Assembly: GCA_035490955.1 (NCBI GenBank)
Contig: DATJKY010000177.1
Span: 1 to 29,052, forward strand
DNA: 29,052 nt
DNA from: Terriglobia bacterium
GTDB taxonomy: Bacteria > Acidobacteriota > Terriglobia > UBA7540
Direction: 5' to 3'
Shown here: in pieces, positions 1-7,524 of the stretch
Position numbering within the stretch: position 1 is the stretch's first letter
Layout: every line of letters starts with the position of its first letter
Program-made: the position numbers and the translations under genes
Notes under the pieces: model-generated
Seen by the model: the letters and a program-made list of their open reading frames with translations, nothing else
Told to the model about the DNA's origin: nothing
The model's database searches: none

Positions 1-558
1 ATTGGCGCCGCGCAACAAAGGTTGGTCGATCACGAAACCATGCGCGGTCTCGTGCCCCCAACCGATCGAGCCCACCCCGGGGATGAGGCCCAGCCAATTC
101 CCGGCGAGAATGAAAATGAAAATGGTGGCAAAGAACCAAAAAGTCTTTTTGGCCAGATGCGCGCCAATGATTCCTTCCAGAAATTTGTACAGGCCCTCAA
201 CCAGCCACTCCAGGAAATTCTGCGCTCCATCCGGTATTGGCTTCATGGTCCGAGTAGCGACCTGGGCAAAAATGATCAGGCCCAAGGCGACCACCCAGCT
301 CACGACCATGGAATTGGTGATCGGGAAGCCGAAGGGGCGAGCGATCTGGTCGGGCTTGGGGGAGAGCGTGTGTTCCTCCTGCTCAGAAGTGGCCGCAGGC
401 TGGCGCGCTTGTTCGGAATTGCCTTGTGCGGCCACGGCGCTCGCGGGCGTTGCTGAAGCACGTGCCGGTGGGGCGCCCGCCGCAAACGCCGAGCCGGCGC
501 TAAGGCCCACGAACACGGCAAGAAAGACCAGCATCAATCCAGCTTTCAGTCTGCTCAT
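1..558 (-). CDS. atpB: F0F1 ATP synthase subunit a, 5' part (186 codons; 3' end beyond window), with signal-peptide-like N-terminal extension
   Basis: Manual translation from ATG at 558 is open to base 1: MSRLKAGLMLVFLAVFVGLSAGSAFA...FGFPITNSMVVSWVVALGLIIFAQVATRTMKPIPDGAQNFLEWLVEGLYKFLEGIIG...WFFATIFIFILAGNWLGLIPG...LLRGAN. The TNS, P-x-G-x-QN-x-x-E and NWLGLIPG motifs are typical of subunit a. Confidence 0.9.
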   Translation of the reverse strand, partial: MSRLKAGLMLVFLAVFVGLSAGSAFAAGAPPARASATPASAVAAQGNSEQARQPAATSEQEEHTLSPKPDQIARPFGFPITNSMVVSWVVALGLIIFAQVATRTMKPIPDGAQNFLEWLVEGLYKFLEGIIGAHLAKKTFWFFATIFIFILAGNWLGLIPGVGSIGWGHETAHGFVIDQPLLRGAN

Positions 559-647
559 GAGACAACCAACGATCGGAAGTGCACCGATAAGCTTGAGTGT
601 CCTAACGGCTCCTCACTATGATGCTTGCCTGGCTTTCACAAGGCGCT

Positions 648-676
648 AGCATGGCTCGACACAAAATCGATGTCAA
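648..676 (-). promoter_or_regulatory. Candidate sigma70 promoter for atpB
   Basis: Minus strand TTGACA (676-671), 17-nt spacer, CATGCT (653-648). Perfect -35 and weak -10, about 90 nt upstream of the atpB start. Overlaps an imperfect hairpin (atggct...agccat). Confidence 0.4.
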
Positions 677-772
677 GCCATTTATGAATACAATGGTTGG
701 GCGAATGGGCGAGATACGTCCAGTTGCTAAATTCAGTGCCGCGCCCTAGAATGCATCTCGTGAGGAAATCGA

Positions 773-1087
773 ATGCATCAATTGTTCATTGCCATTGGGA
801 CTATCCTACTTATTGGATCGCTAGTCTGCGTTATTCTCGCCAGTAATCAGTATTGGCAATTGCAGTTCGAGCTCAATGACCACCTACCGGAAGGCGAGAA
901 GTTTGAGCCGAGGTCCTGGCTGTCCTTGACCACCGGCAGGTGGTCAAGTTACAGGGAACTACAGCGGCGCGTCTTACCTGATAGCCCCCGCCCTAGAAGG
1001 GGGCGGCAGCTCGCTCTGAGTGGAATCGCACTTTTGCTTTGCTCCATAGTCCTCTTCTTGCTTGGGTACAGCCGCGTAGTTGGCTGA
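773..1087 (+). CDS. Small hypothetical membrane protein (two hydrophobic segments)
   Basis: 104-aa ORF with a GAGG-type RBS upstream, hydrophobic N- and C-terminal helices and a polar linker. No family recognised. Confidence 0.55.
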   Translation: MHQLFIAIGTILLIGSLVCVILASNQYWQLQFELNDHLPEGEKFEPRSWLSLTTGRWSSYRELQRRVLPDSPRPRRGRQLALSGIALLLCSIVLFLLGYSRVVG

Positions 1088-1768
1088 CAGGGCAAGAGTT
1101 CGTTTCCAATCCCTGACGCATTCGGGCTTTTTGGACCGCGATCTCCTCCGGGCAGTGACTGTGGTGCCTAATCCCGCCGCGATCCTACGATTTGAGAAGT
1201 GTCCTCAGCAACTGTCAAAGCTACCGGTACGTCGGGCGCTGCGCCAATCGAAAGGCCTCTGCCGGTATCGGTAAGGGGTGAGGGTCCAGGCGAGGTTCTT
1301 TGCTGAGGAAGCGCTGTCCGCATGGTGGCAGCAGTGTGGGACCGGCTCGTCCAGTCGCCGATCCTCCCGTCAGGCAGCGGCACCCTTGTGAACCCTTTGT
1401 TCCGGGCGCAGCGGAATGAAGCGCCAGGCGGAACCGTAACAAAGTAAGCTGAAAAAAACCGCCTCCAAGGTCACGGCTCAGAGGATGGTGACCAACGGGG
1501 TTGGCCTGCTCGCTGTGGCGACCAGTTCCTCGTTGGGGTTTGGAGTGGGTCGGAAGCTGAAACAGGCGTTGGAGCGCGGCCCTCAGGGTGACTGTCGCGC
1601 GCACCGATGGTCGCAACTTCCCGTCTCTCCCCGCAACCAGATCAACACTCAAGATGCCACGGTTAGTCTGGACGATTCGTTGGATGACGCGCTGAGCATG
1701 CGACTGGCTTATACTGTCATTCATCAGAGCAACATCGCTCTGGTCCCGGTCACAGCCTGGCGCCGAGG

Positions 1769-1918
1769 TTGACCTACGAGGTTTTCGATGGATGGTGGAC
1801 GGACGCAGGAACTTTTGAGTCGTTGCTGCGCGCCAACAATTGTGTTGGGCATCACGGTGCAAATAAGCTAACGGATGGCGTGGCAGAGGCGTGGACGCGC
1901 TGCGAGGTAACAGCTTAG
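1769..1918 (+). pseudogene. 3' remnant of glucose-1-phosphate thymidylyltransferase / sugar nucleotidyltransferase (rmlA-like)
   Basis: Frame from 1769 reads LTYEVFDGWWTDAGTFESLLRANNCVGHHGANKL...VTA*, matching the GWWTDAGTFESLLRAN...GANK C-terminus of short RmlA/SpsI-type enzymes. Its TAG (1916-1918) overlaps the rmlB GTG (1918). Upstream sequence has no recognisable RmlA similarity. Confidence 0.75.
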
Positions 1919-3018
1919 TGAAAATCTTTGTTACAGGTGGGGCCGGGTTTATTGGCTCGAACTTCGTCCGGTATGTTCTCTCGCTCGGCGAAGGCCATAG
2001 CATCGTCAACTTCGACAAGCTGACCTATGCGGGAAATCTTGCCAATTTGGACACGGTTGCGGGGAGTCCCCGATATCGGTTCGTGAAAGGCGACATCTGT
2101 GATCCTGAAGCCGTCACGCAGGCCATGGAGGGGTGTGAGGTTGTTGTCCATTTCGCCGCGGAGTCCCACGTAGATCGGAGCATCTACGACCCTGCTCCAG
2201 TGATCCAGACCAATGTCACGGGAACGTTCATCCTGCTCCAGGTTGCACGCATGCTCAATATACGACGGTTTTTGCATATTTCAACGGATGAGGTTTATGG
2301 CGACCTGCCACCTGACGTCATTGCCGACGAAAACTGTCCGTTGCAACCGAGCAGCCCGTACGCGGCCTCTAAAGCTGCATCGGACTTATTGGTTCGGTCC
2401 TTTGTTCGGACGTACGGCTTCCCGGCGCTCGTTACTCGCTCTTCCAACAACTACGGCCCCTACCAGTTTCCCGAGAAGTTTCTGCCCCTCATGATTAGCA
2501 ATGCCCTCGAGGACAAGCCTCTTCCAGTTTACGGCGACGGCCGACAGCAACGTGATTGGCTCCACGTGGAGGACAACTGCCGTGGCCTCTGGACGGTTCT
2601 GCAACGTGGGAGAGTGGGTGAGGTTTATAACCTTGGCTGCGGCCAGGTGTTCGCTAACCTGCAAGTGGTTTGGCAACTCCTAAAGCTCATGGGGAAGCCG
2701 GAGTCTCTCATCACGTATGTGGCTGATCGTCCCGGCCACGACCGCCGATACGCCCTGGATTGTTCGAAGATTGAAAAGGAGCTCCAGTGGCGTCCGCAGA
2801 TTCAGTTCGATGGTGGCTTGGAACAGACGGTCAAGTGGTATCGTGAGAACACACATTGGGTGGAGGCTGTCCGCCGGGGCGAATATCGCAGCTACTATGC
2901 AAAATACTATGAGAATCGAAGCAGGTCGTTGGAGGCGGTTATGTCAGCGGGAAGGGACCGTACCGCGGAAGGCAGCGCAGGGAACGAGGCTGCAGGGAAC
3001 AAGCATTCGTCAAATTAA
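1918..3018 (+). CDS. rmlB: dTDP-glucose 4,6-dehydratase
   Basis: Start moved to GTG 1918 (MKIFVTGGAGFIG; GAGG upstream). Motifs GGAGFIG, DKLTYAGN, HFAAESHVDRS, STDEVYG, YAASK, NNYGP, DRPGHD. Confidence 0.95.
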   Translation: MKIFVTGGAGFIGSNFVRYVLSLGEGHSIVNFDKLTYAGNLANLDTVAGSPRYRFVKGDICDPEAVTQAMEGCEVVVHFAAESHVDRSIYDPAPVIQTNVTGTFILLQVARMLNIRRFLHISTDEVYGDLPPDVIADENCPLQPSSPYAASKAASDLLVRSFVRTYGFPALVTRSSNNYGPYQFPEKFLPLMISNALEDKPLPVYGDGRQQRDWLHVEDNCRGLWTVLQRGRVGEVYNLGCGQVFANLQVVWQLLKLMGKPESLITYVADRPGHDRRYALDCSKIEKELQWRPQIQFDGGLEQTVKWYRENTHWVEAVRRGEYRSYYAKYYENRSRSLEAVMSAGRDRTAEGSAGNEAAGNKHSSN

Positions 3019-3123
3019 TGGGCGGGCAAAGGCCCGCAAGCCTTTCGAAAGGTTTGAAATGAAGGCGTGGGAAGGTTTGTGCATTTTCGTTACAGGGTGA
3101 AATGAAATGCCCGGCGCGGTACT

Positions 3124-3159
3124 CTGCGGTACATTCGCCTTCATGACCTCCGCCAGCAT
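3124..3159 (+). pseudogene. Tiny tyrosine-recombinase fragment (catalytic box II region)
   Basis: Translates LRYIRLHDLRQH, resembling the IRLHDLRH motif of phage integrases. Only 12 codons long. Confidence 0.4.
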
Positions 3160-3562
3160 GCCGACTCCCCGATTATGCCGACTCTAGCCTAATAGCCTTC
3201 TTCCTCCTGCCCTTTTGACGCTGAACCCCGCGCCAATGACACCGACTGCCATTCGGCATAATCCCGCAGCGTTCATCTTAGTTAGCTGGTTATGAAAGCA
3301 ACAGGAGAGCACGCGTGCGGGAAAATTCTCTGCAAAAAGCATAAGCGGCGGGTTCGCCGGGGGCGAACCCAAAACACTCCAGCAGTTTCTGGATCATCTC
3401 CGAAAGCGCGTCGTTCCAGGTCGGAAAGTGGTTCGTGACCAATCACCCGTGGCTGACATCCTGAACCGCTACGAAACTTATTTGCGCTCGGAGTGCGGGC
3501 TCGTCACAGTGACAATCCTCCATTACCAGGATTTCGTGCGTAGGTTTCTCCTCGAGCGCTTT
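3156..3562 (+). mobile_element. Degenerate RIT-like (recombinase-in-trio) element end plus fragment of a tyrosine recombinase N-terminal domain
   Basis: gcatgccg (3156) and gattatgccga (3171-3181), the latter with a perfect inverted copy tcggcataatc (3253-3263). These are followed by HKRRVRRG/EPKTLQQFLDHLRKRVV...SPVADILNRYETYLRSECGLVTVTILHYQDFVRRFLLERF, with a +1 shift in a G run near 3359-3363. This resembles the SAM-like N-terminal domain of RIT integrases. Similarity stops at about 3562. Confidence 0.6.
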
Positions 3563-3781
3563 CTCGCCTCCTATATTTCGCAGATTGTTACAGGGGATTC
3601 TATCCTGCATTTCAGTTCGCAGCTCCGCCACGATTGGCGCGTCTCAACAAATCCTCGTGAGAGGTGAAGAACGATTGCATAGGCGAGTAGGCACATAAAC
3701 ATAACTCTGATTGCCGCTGTCGTCATCTCTGGTATCATTACTGAGCGCGTCGGGGTCTGACTTCCAGTTTAGGAGGCGATC

Positions 3782-6700
3782 ATGGTTGCCCAGCCAAAGC
3801 GAACGTCGGCCATCCTCTTGCTGTGCCTGTTGTCTTGCTGCCTCGCCCAGATGCGGCTCTCTTTTGGCCAGGCCGTTTCCGGGAACATCATCGGCACGGT
3901 CACCGACCCCAGCGGCGCCGCAGTGCCGAATGCCGACGTGTCCATCTTCGACATGGAGCGGGGCATCAGCTATCAGACCAAGAGCAATACTGACGGCAAC
4001 TTTACGCAAACCCATCTACTCGCGGGACGCTACCGGGTGACAGTCAGTGCGCTCGGCTTTTCTGACTTCGTCGCCAATGCCGAAGTCCAGGTGGACGCTG
4101 CAACGCGCGTGGATGCGAGGCTTTCACTCGGCAAGGCCGCGAGCGCCGTCACGGTGAGCGCCGACACGCCCCTTCTGAAAACTGATCGCTCCGACGTCAG
4201 CACGACGCTCACCGGAGGCGAGGTTCAGGGCCTGCCAGTGCTCAATCGAAACCTCTCCCAACTGTTGCTGGTGGTGCCCGGGGCGCAGTACAACGCGACG
4301 TACCAGCACGCCTCCAGCGAAAACCCGCAGGGCGGCTTGCAGATTAACGTCAATGGGCAGTTCTTCTTTACCAACGGATTCCAGCTTGACGGCACGAACA
4401 ATGCCAGCGCCATTCTGGGCATTACTGTGATCAATCCCAACCTCGACTCCATGCAGGAATACAAGGTGACCACCGGCAATTACGACGCAGAATTCGGGCA
4501 GGTGAGCGGTGCCCTGCAACAAGTAACCACCAAGTCCGGAACCAACCAGTTCCACGGCTCGGTGTTCGAGTATCTGCAAAACAACGCTCTCAATGCCGCT
4601 GATCCTTTTCTGGGCGCCAACCCACCCCTGCGTTGGAACCAGTTTGGCGGCTCTTTAGGGGGGCCCATTCTCAAGAACAAGCTGTTCTTTTTCGTGGACT
4701 ACCAGGGTTTGCGGCGACACACCGGGTCTGGCGTAGTGACCACGGTGCCGACGGCCAACGACCGTCAGGGCAACCTGAGCGGCCTCTTGGGTAATTACAT
4801 CTGTGCTGACGGCTCGAACTCCACCACGCCCTGCGCCAAACCTTTCATGGTCCAGACCACAGAGGGCGCTACCATCCCGGCCCAGGCAGGGATGGTCTAT
4901 GACCAGCATTCGCCCAGCACCAATGGCAGCGGACCTCAAGTCTTCTCGAGCGGCGGCCAAGTGAACGTCATCCCGCCGGTCCTGATCGCCCAGCCGATGG
5001 TGAGGCTGCTGAACCTGCTTCCTTTGCCGAACGCCGGGGGCGCGGGCGCCATCGCCAACAATTACATCGCCTCCGGCGTCGAGCAGTTCAACAGCGACCA
5101 GGCGGACGCGCGCGTGGATTATACTCTGTCTGAGAAGTCTCACATCTTCGGGCGTTACACGATTGCCGACTTCGATAAGCATGCGCCGGGTGCCTTCGGT
5201 GAACTCGCCGGTGGCCCTGCGCTCAACGGCATCAACTTCGCCGGGGCATCGATTGACCGCAACCAAAGCGGGGCATTGGGCTGGACATACACTTTCAGCC
5301 CCACCTTGATCAGCGAAGTGCGCTTTGGGACCTACCGTTACCGCATCCGGGTCCAGCCAAATGGCGTCGGAACCACGCCAGCCACGGACGCTGGCCTGCC
5401 CGGACTGAACACCGGCACGCTCGAAACGAGCGGCATGCCTGCCTTTTACATCAACGGGGACGGCACCTTCGATTTCGGCTATGCGCTGGGAGTGAACCAG
5501 TGCAACTGTCCGCTCAAACAAACCGAGAACAACTTCGAGTGGATCAATAACTGGACAAAGATCAGCGGCAACCACACCATCAAGTGGGGCGTCGACGTGC
5601 AGCGGGCACAGCAGCAGCGCATTCCCAGCGACGAGCACCGGTCCGGCGAGATCACGTTCGCGCCCTCCATTACCGGCAATTCGGTGATCGACAGCATTCC
5701 CAACATCAGCGTAGGCACTGGCGAAGGCATCGGCGCGTACTTGCTGGCCCAGCCCAGCAGCTTCTCACGGTACTTCACGGGAATCGGGTTCTATCCCGGA
5801 CTACGACAGACCCGGCTTTTCTTCTTCGCTCAGGATTCCTGGCGTGTGACACCAAAGCTCACTTTGAATTATGGGCTGCGTTACGAAAACTACCTGCCCC
5901 AGGCCGCGGCCAGGCCGGGCGGGGCCGGCTCTTTTGACCCCAACACCGCGGAGGTGCTGGCGGCGGGCATTGGCCAGGTGCCGCTCAACATGGGCGTGCA
6001 GGCTTACAATACCGGGTTCGCGCCGCGCATCGGGGTCGCCTATCAGATGAGGCCCACGACGGTGGTGCGGGCGGGCTACGGGCACAGTTACAACCCGAGC
6101 GCCTTCGGAGCCATCTTCGGCCAAGCCCCGGACTACAGTCCGCCTATCACGAATCCACAGAACCTCAACCAGCCCGATCCCTACACGCCCGTCTTCAACC
6201 TGCTGAACGGCCCGCCCGTGCCCGTGAACCCGCCCATCGGGTCGAACGGCCGCTATCCGCTGCCGAACGCTATCAGCACCTACTACTATGTGAACCCGCC
6301 CAGCCACTACCGCATTCCGCAGGCCTATTTTTGGAACTTCACGGTGCAGCAGCAGATCACGCCTGCGTTTACCGCCGAAATCGCCTATGTGGGCAACGTT
6401 GGACGGCACCTTTACGTCAACCCCAACTTCAACCAAGCTGTCCCGGGTCCAGGGCCGTTCGCGCCCAGGCGGCCGTTCTATTCCAAGTTTGTGTCCGAAG
6501 GGCGTGACCTCGAGCAGGGTATCTACGAGACGTGCAACTGCGACACCTCGAACTACAACGGGCTGCAGGTGAAGCTGCAACAGCACGTCTCGCATGGCCT
6601 GGACTTCCTGCTCACTTACACCTACGCGAGGGCTATGACTCATACGGAGTCAGGTAATTCTCCAGCCGACAGTTACAATATCCGCAATGACTATGGTCCT

Positions 6701-7258
6701 GCCACCTGGGATCGGGCCAACTTCCTAACGTATGCTGGCACCTATCAACTTCCGGTTGGGCGGGGCAGGCGCTGGGGCTCAGGTGCCAACAAGTGGCTGA
6801 ACGCGGTGATCGGCGGCTGGAACCTGAACGGTCTCATCACCGTGGGGTCGGGCCTCGCTTTCTCACCCACCACGGCCAACGCCGGAGCCATTGTGAACGC
6901 GGATTTTCCCACCATCCGGCCGGACAAGATCGGGAATCCGCACGTGTCGAATCCGAGCCCGGCGGAGTGGTTTAACGTGGCGGCATACGTCGATCCGCAG
7001 CAGCCGTACCGTCAGGGCACAGCGTCCAGGGACTCACTGCGCGGTCCGGCGGAATACCTGTTTGATCTCGCCCTCGACAAGCAATTCGTGATCAAGGAAG
7101 GCAAGACCCTGGAGTTCCGCTGGGAAAACTATAACGCTTTCAACATCGATAACCTGAACCTACCCAACACGACAATTGACGTCGCAGGCGGCGGTCAGAT
7201 TACGTCGACGCTGTTCCCCATGCGGCAAATGCAGTTCGGATTGCACTTTCGGTTCTAG
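3782..7258 (+). CDS. TonB-dependent outer-membrane receptor (Oar/OmpA-like acidobacterial type) with N-terminal carboxypeptidase-regulatory-like domain
   Basis: 1158 aa with signal peptide. GTVTDPSGAAVP N-domain, plug motifs (QEYKVTTGNYDAEFG, KSGTNQFHG), beta-barrel patterns and terminal RQMQFGLHFRF ending in Phe. Confidence 0.93.
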   Translation: MVAQPKRTSAILLLCLLSCCLAQMRLSFGQAVSGNIIGTVTDPSGAAVPNADVSIFDMERGISYQTKSNTDGNFTQTHLLAGRYRVTVSALGFSDFVANAEVQVDAATRVDARLSLGKAASAVTVSADTPLLKTDRSDVSTTLTGGEVQGLPVLNRNLSQLLLVVPGAQYNATYQHASSENPQGGLQINVNGQFFFTNGFQLDGTNNASAILGITVINPNLDSMQEYKVTTGNYDAEFGQVSGALQQVTTKSGTNQFHGSVFEYLQNNALNAADPFLGANPPLRWNQFGGSLGGPILKNKLFFFVDYQGLRRHTGSGVVTTVPTANDRQGNLSGLLGNYICADGSNSTTPCAKPFMVQTTEGATIPAQAGMVYDQHSPSTNGSGPQVFSSGGQVNVIPPVLIAQPMVRLLNLLPLPNAGGAGAIANNYIASGVEQFNSDQADARVDYTLSEKSHIFGRYTIADFDKHAPGAFGELAGGPALNGINFAGASIDRNQSGALGWTYTFSPTLISEVRFGTYRYRIRVQPNGVGTTPATDAGLPGLNTGTLETSGMPAFYINGDGTFDFGYALGVNQCNCPLKQTENNFEWINNWTKISGNHTIKWGVDVQRAQQQRIPSDEHRSGEITFAPSITGNSVIDSIPNISVGTGEGIGAYLLAQPSSFSRYFTGIGFYPGLRQTRLFFFAQDSWRVTPKLTLNYGLRYENYLPQAAARPGGAGSFDPNTAEVLAAGIGQVPLNMGVQAYNTGFAPRIGVAYQMRPTTVVRAGYGHSYNPSAFGAIFGQAPDYSPPITNPQNLNQPDPYTPVFNLLNGPPVPVNPPIGSNGRYPLPNAISTYYYVNPPSHYRIPQAYFWNFTVQQQITPAFTAEIAYVGNVGRHLYVNPNFNQAVPGPGPFAPRRPFYSKFVSEGRDLEQGIYETCNCDTSNYNGLQVKLQQHVSHGLDFLLTYTYARAMTHTESGNSPADSYNIRNDYGPATWDRANFLTYAGTYQLPVGRGRRWGSGANKWLNAVIGGWNLNGLITVGSGLAFSPTTANAGAIVNADFPTIRPDKIGNPHVSNPSPAEWFNVAAYVDPQQPYRQGTASRDSLRGPAEYLFDLALDKQFVIKEGKTLEFRWENYNAFNIDNLNLPNTTIDVAGGGQITSTLFPMRQMQFGLHFRF

Positions 7259-7517
7259 TCTAGCAGACTGCCGAAAAAAGGGCATGTGTCATGTAGAGCG
7301 AAGCGAGTCCTGTCATTCCGAGCAACTACAGCGGCCGCTGCTGCCTATATACCAGAAACAACAGGAGTTGCTCATGTTGTTTCTGGAGAGGAGCGCAGCG
7401 ACGAGGAATCTGCTTTTGCGGCCGAGAATAGAAGAAGCAGATTCCTCGCTGCGCTCGGAATGACAGCTTGAGGACTTCCACGACCTCCTGAGGGTGTCCC
7501 GCAGCGTACTAGACTAG
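7255..7517. repeat. Composite intergenic palindrome: degenerate MITE left end plus TGTC-type REP doublet with nested hairpin
   Basis: CTAGTCTAG (7255) and CTAGACTAG (7509) are reverse complements. cagactgccgaaaaaaggg (7264) resembles the MITE end at 26997. TGTCATTCCGAGC (7311) pairs with GCTCGGAATGACA (7453-7465), and gagcgcagcgacgaggaatctgct pairs with agcagattcctcgctgcgctc. Inner 12-bp perfect stem at 7352-7363/7375-7386. Confidence 0.8.
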
Positions 7518-7524
7518 GAGCCTG

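Noticed and set aside
2-649. Plus-strand ORFs of 215 and 144 aa
   Set aside because: Antisense shadows of atpB, which has clear family motifs on the minus strand.
1090-1765. ORFs 1221-2018(-), 1485-1772(+) and a possible ncRNA
   Set aside because: No recognisable motifs, overlap with the rmlA stub and rmlB, and no riboswitch consensus I can support. Probably degraded DNA, left unannotated.
1891-1917. Upstream start for rmlB given by the ORF track
   Set aside because: GTG 1918 gives the canonical MKIFVTGG N-terminus, has an RBS and couples with the rmlA stub.
3428-3667. 79-aa ORF as an intact gene
   Set aside because: Only the first part is integrase-like; it is a fragment fused to unrelated sequence.
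4124-6975. Long minus-strand ORFs (151, 327, 280 aa)
   Set aside because: Antisense shadows of the GC-rich TonB receptor gene.
7176-7471. Short ORFs ending in RFLAALGMTA-like peptides
   Set aside because: Translations of the REP palindrome.
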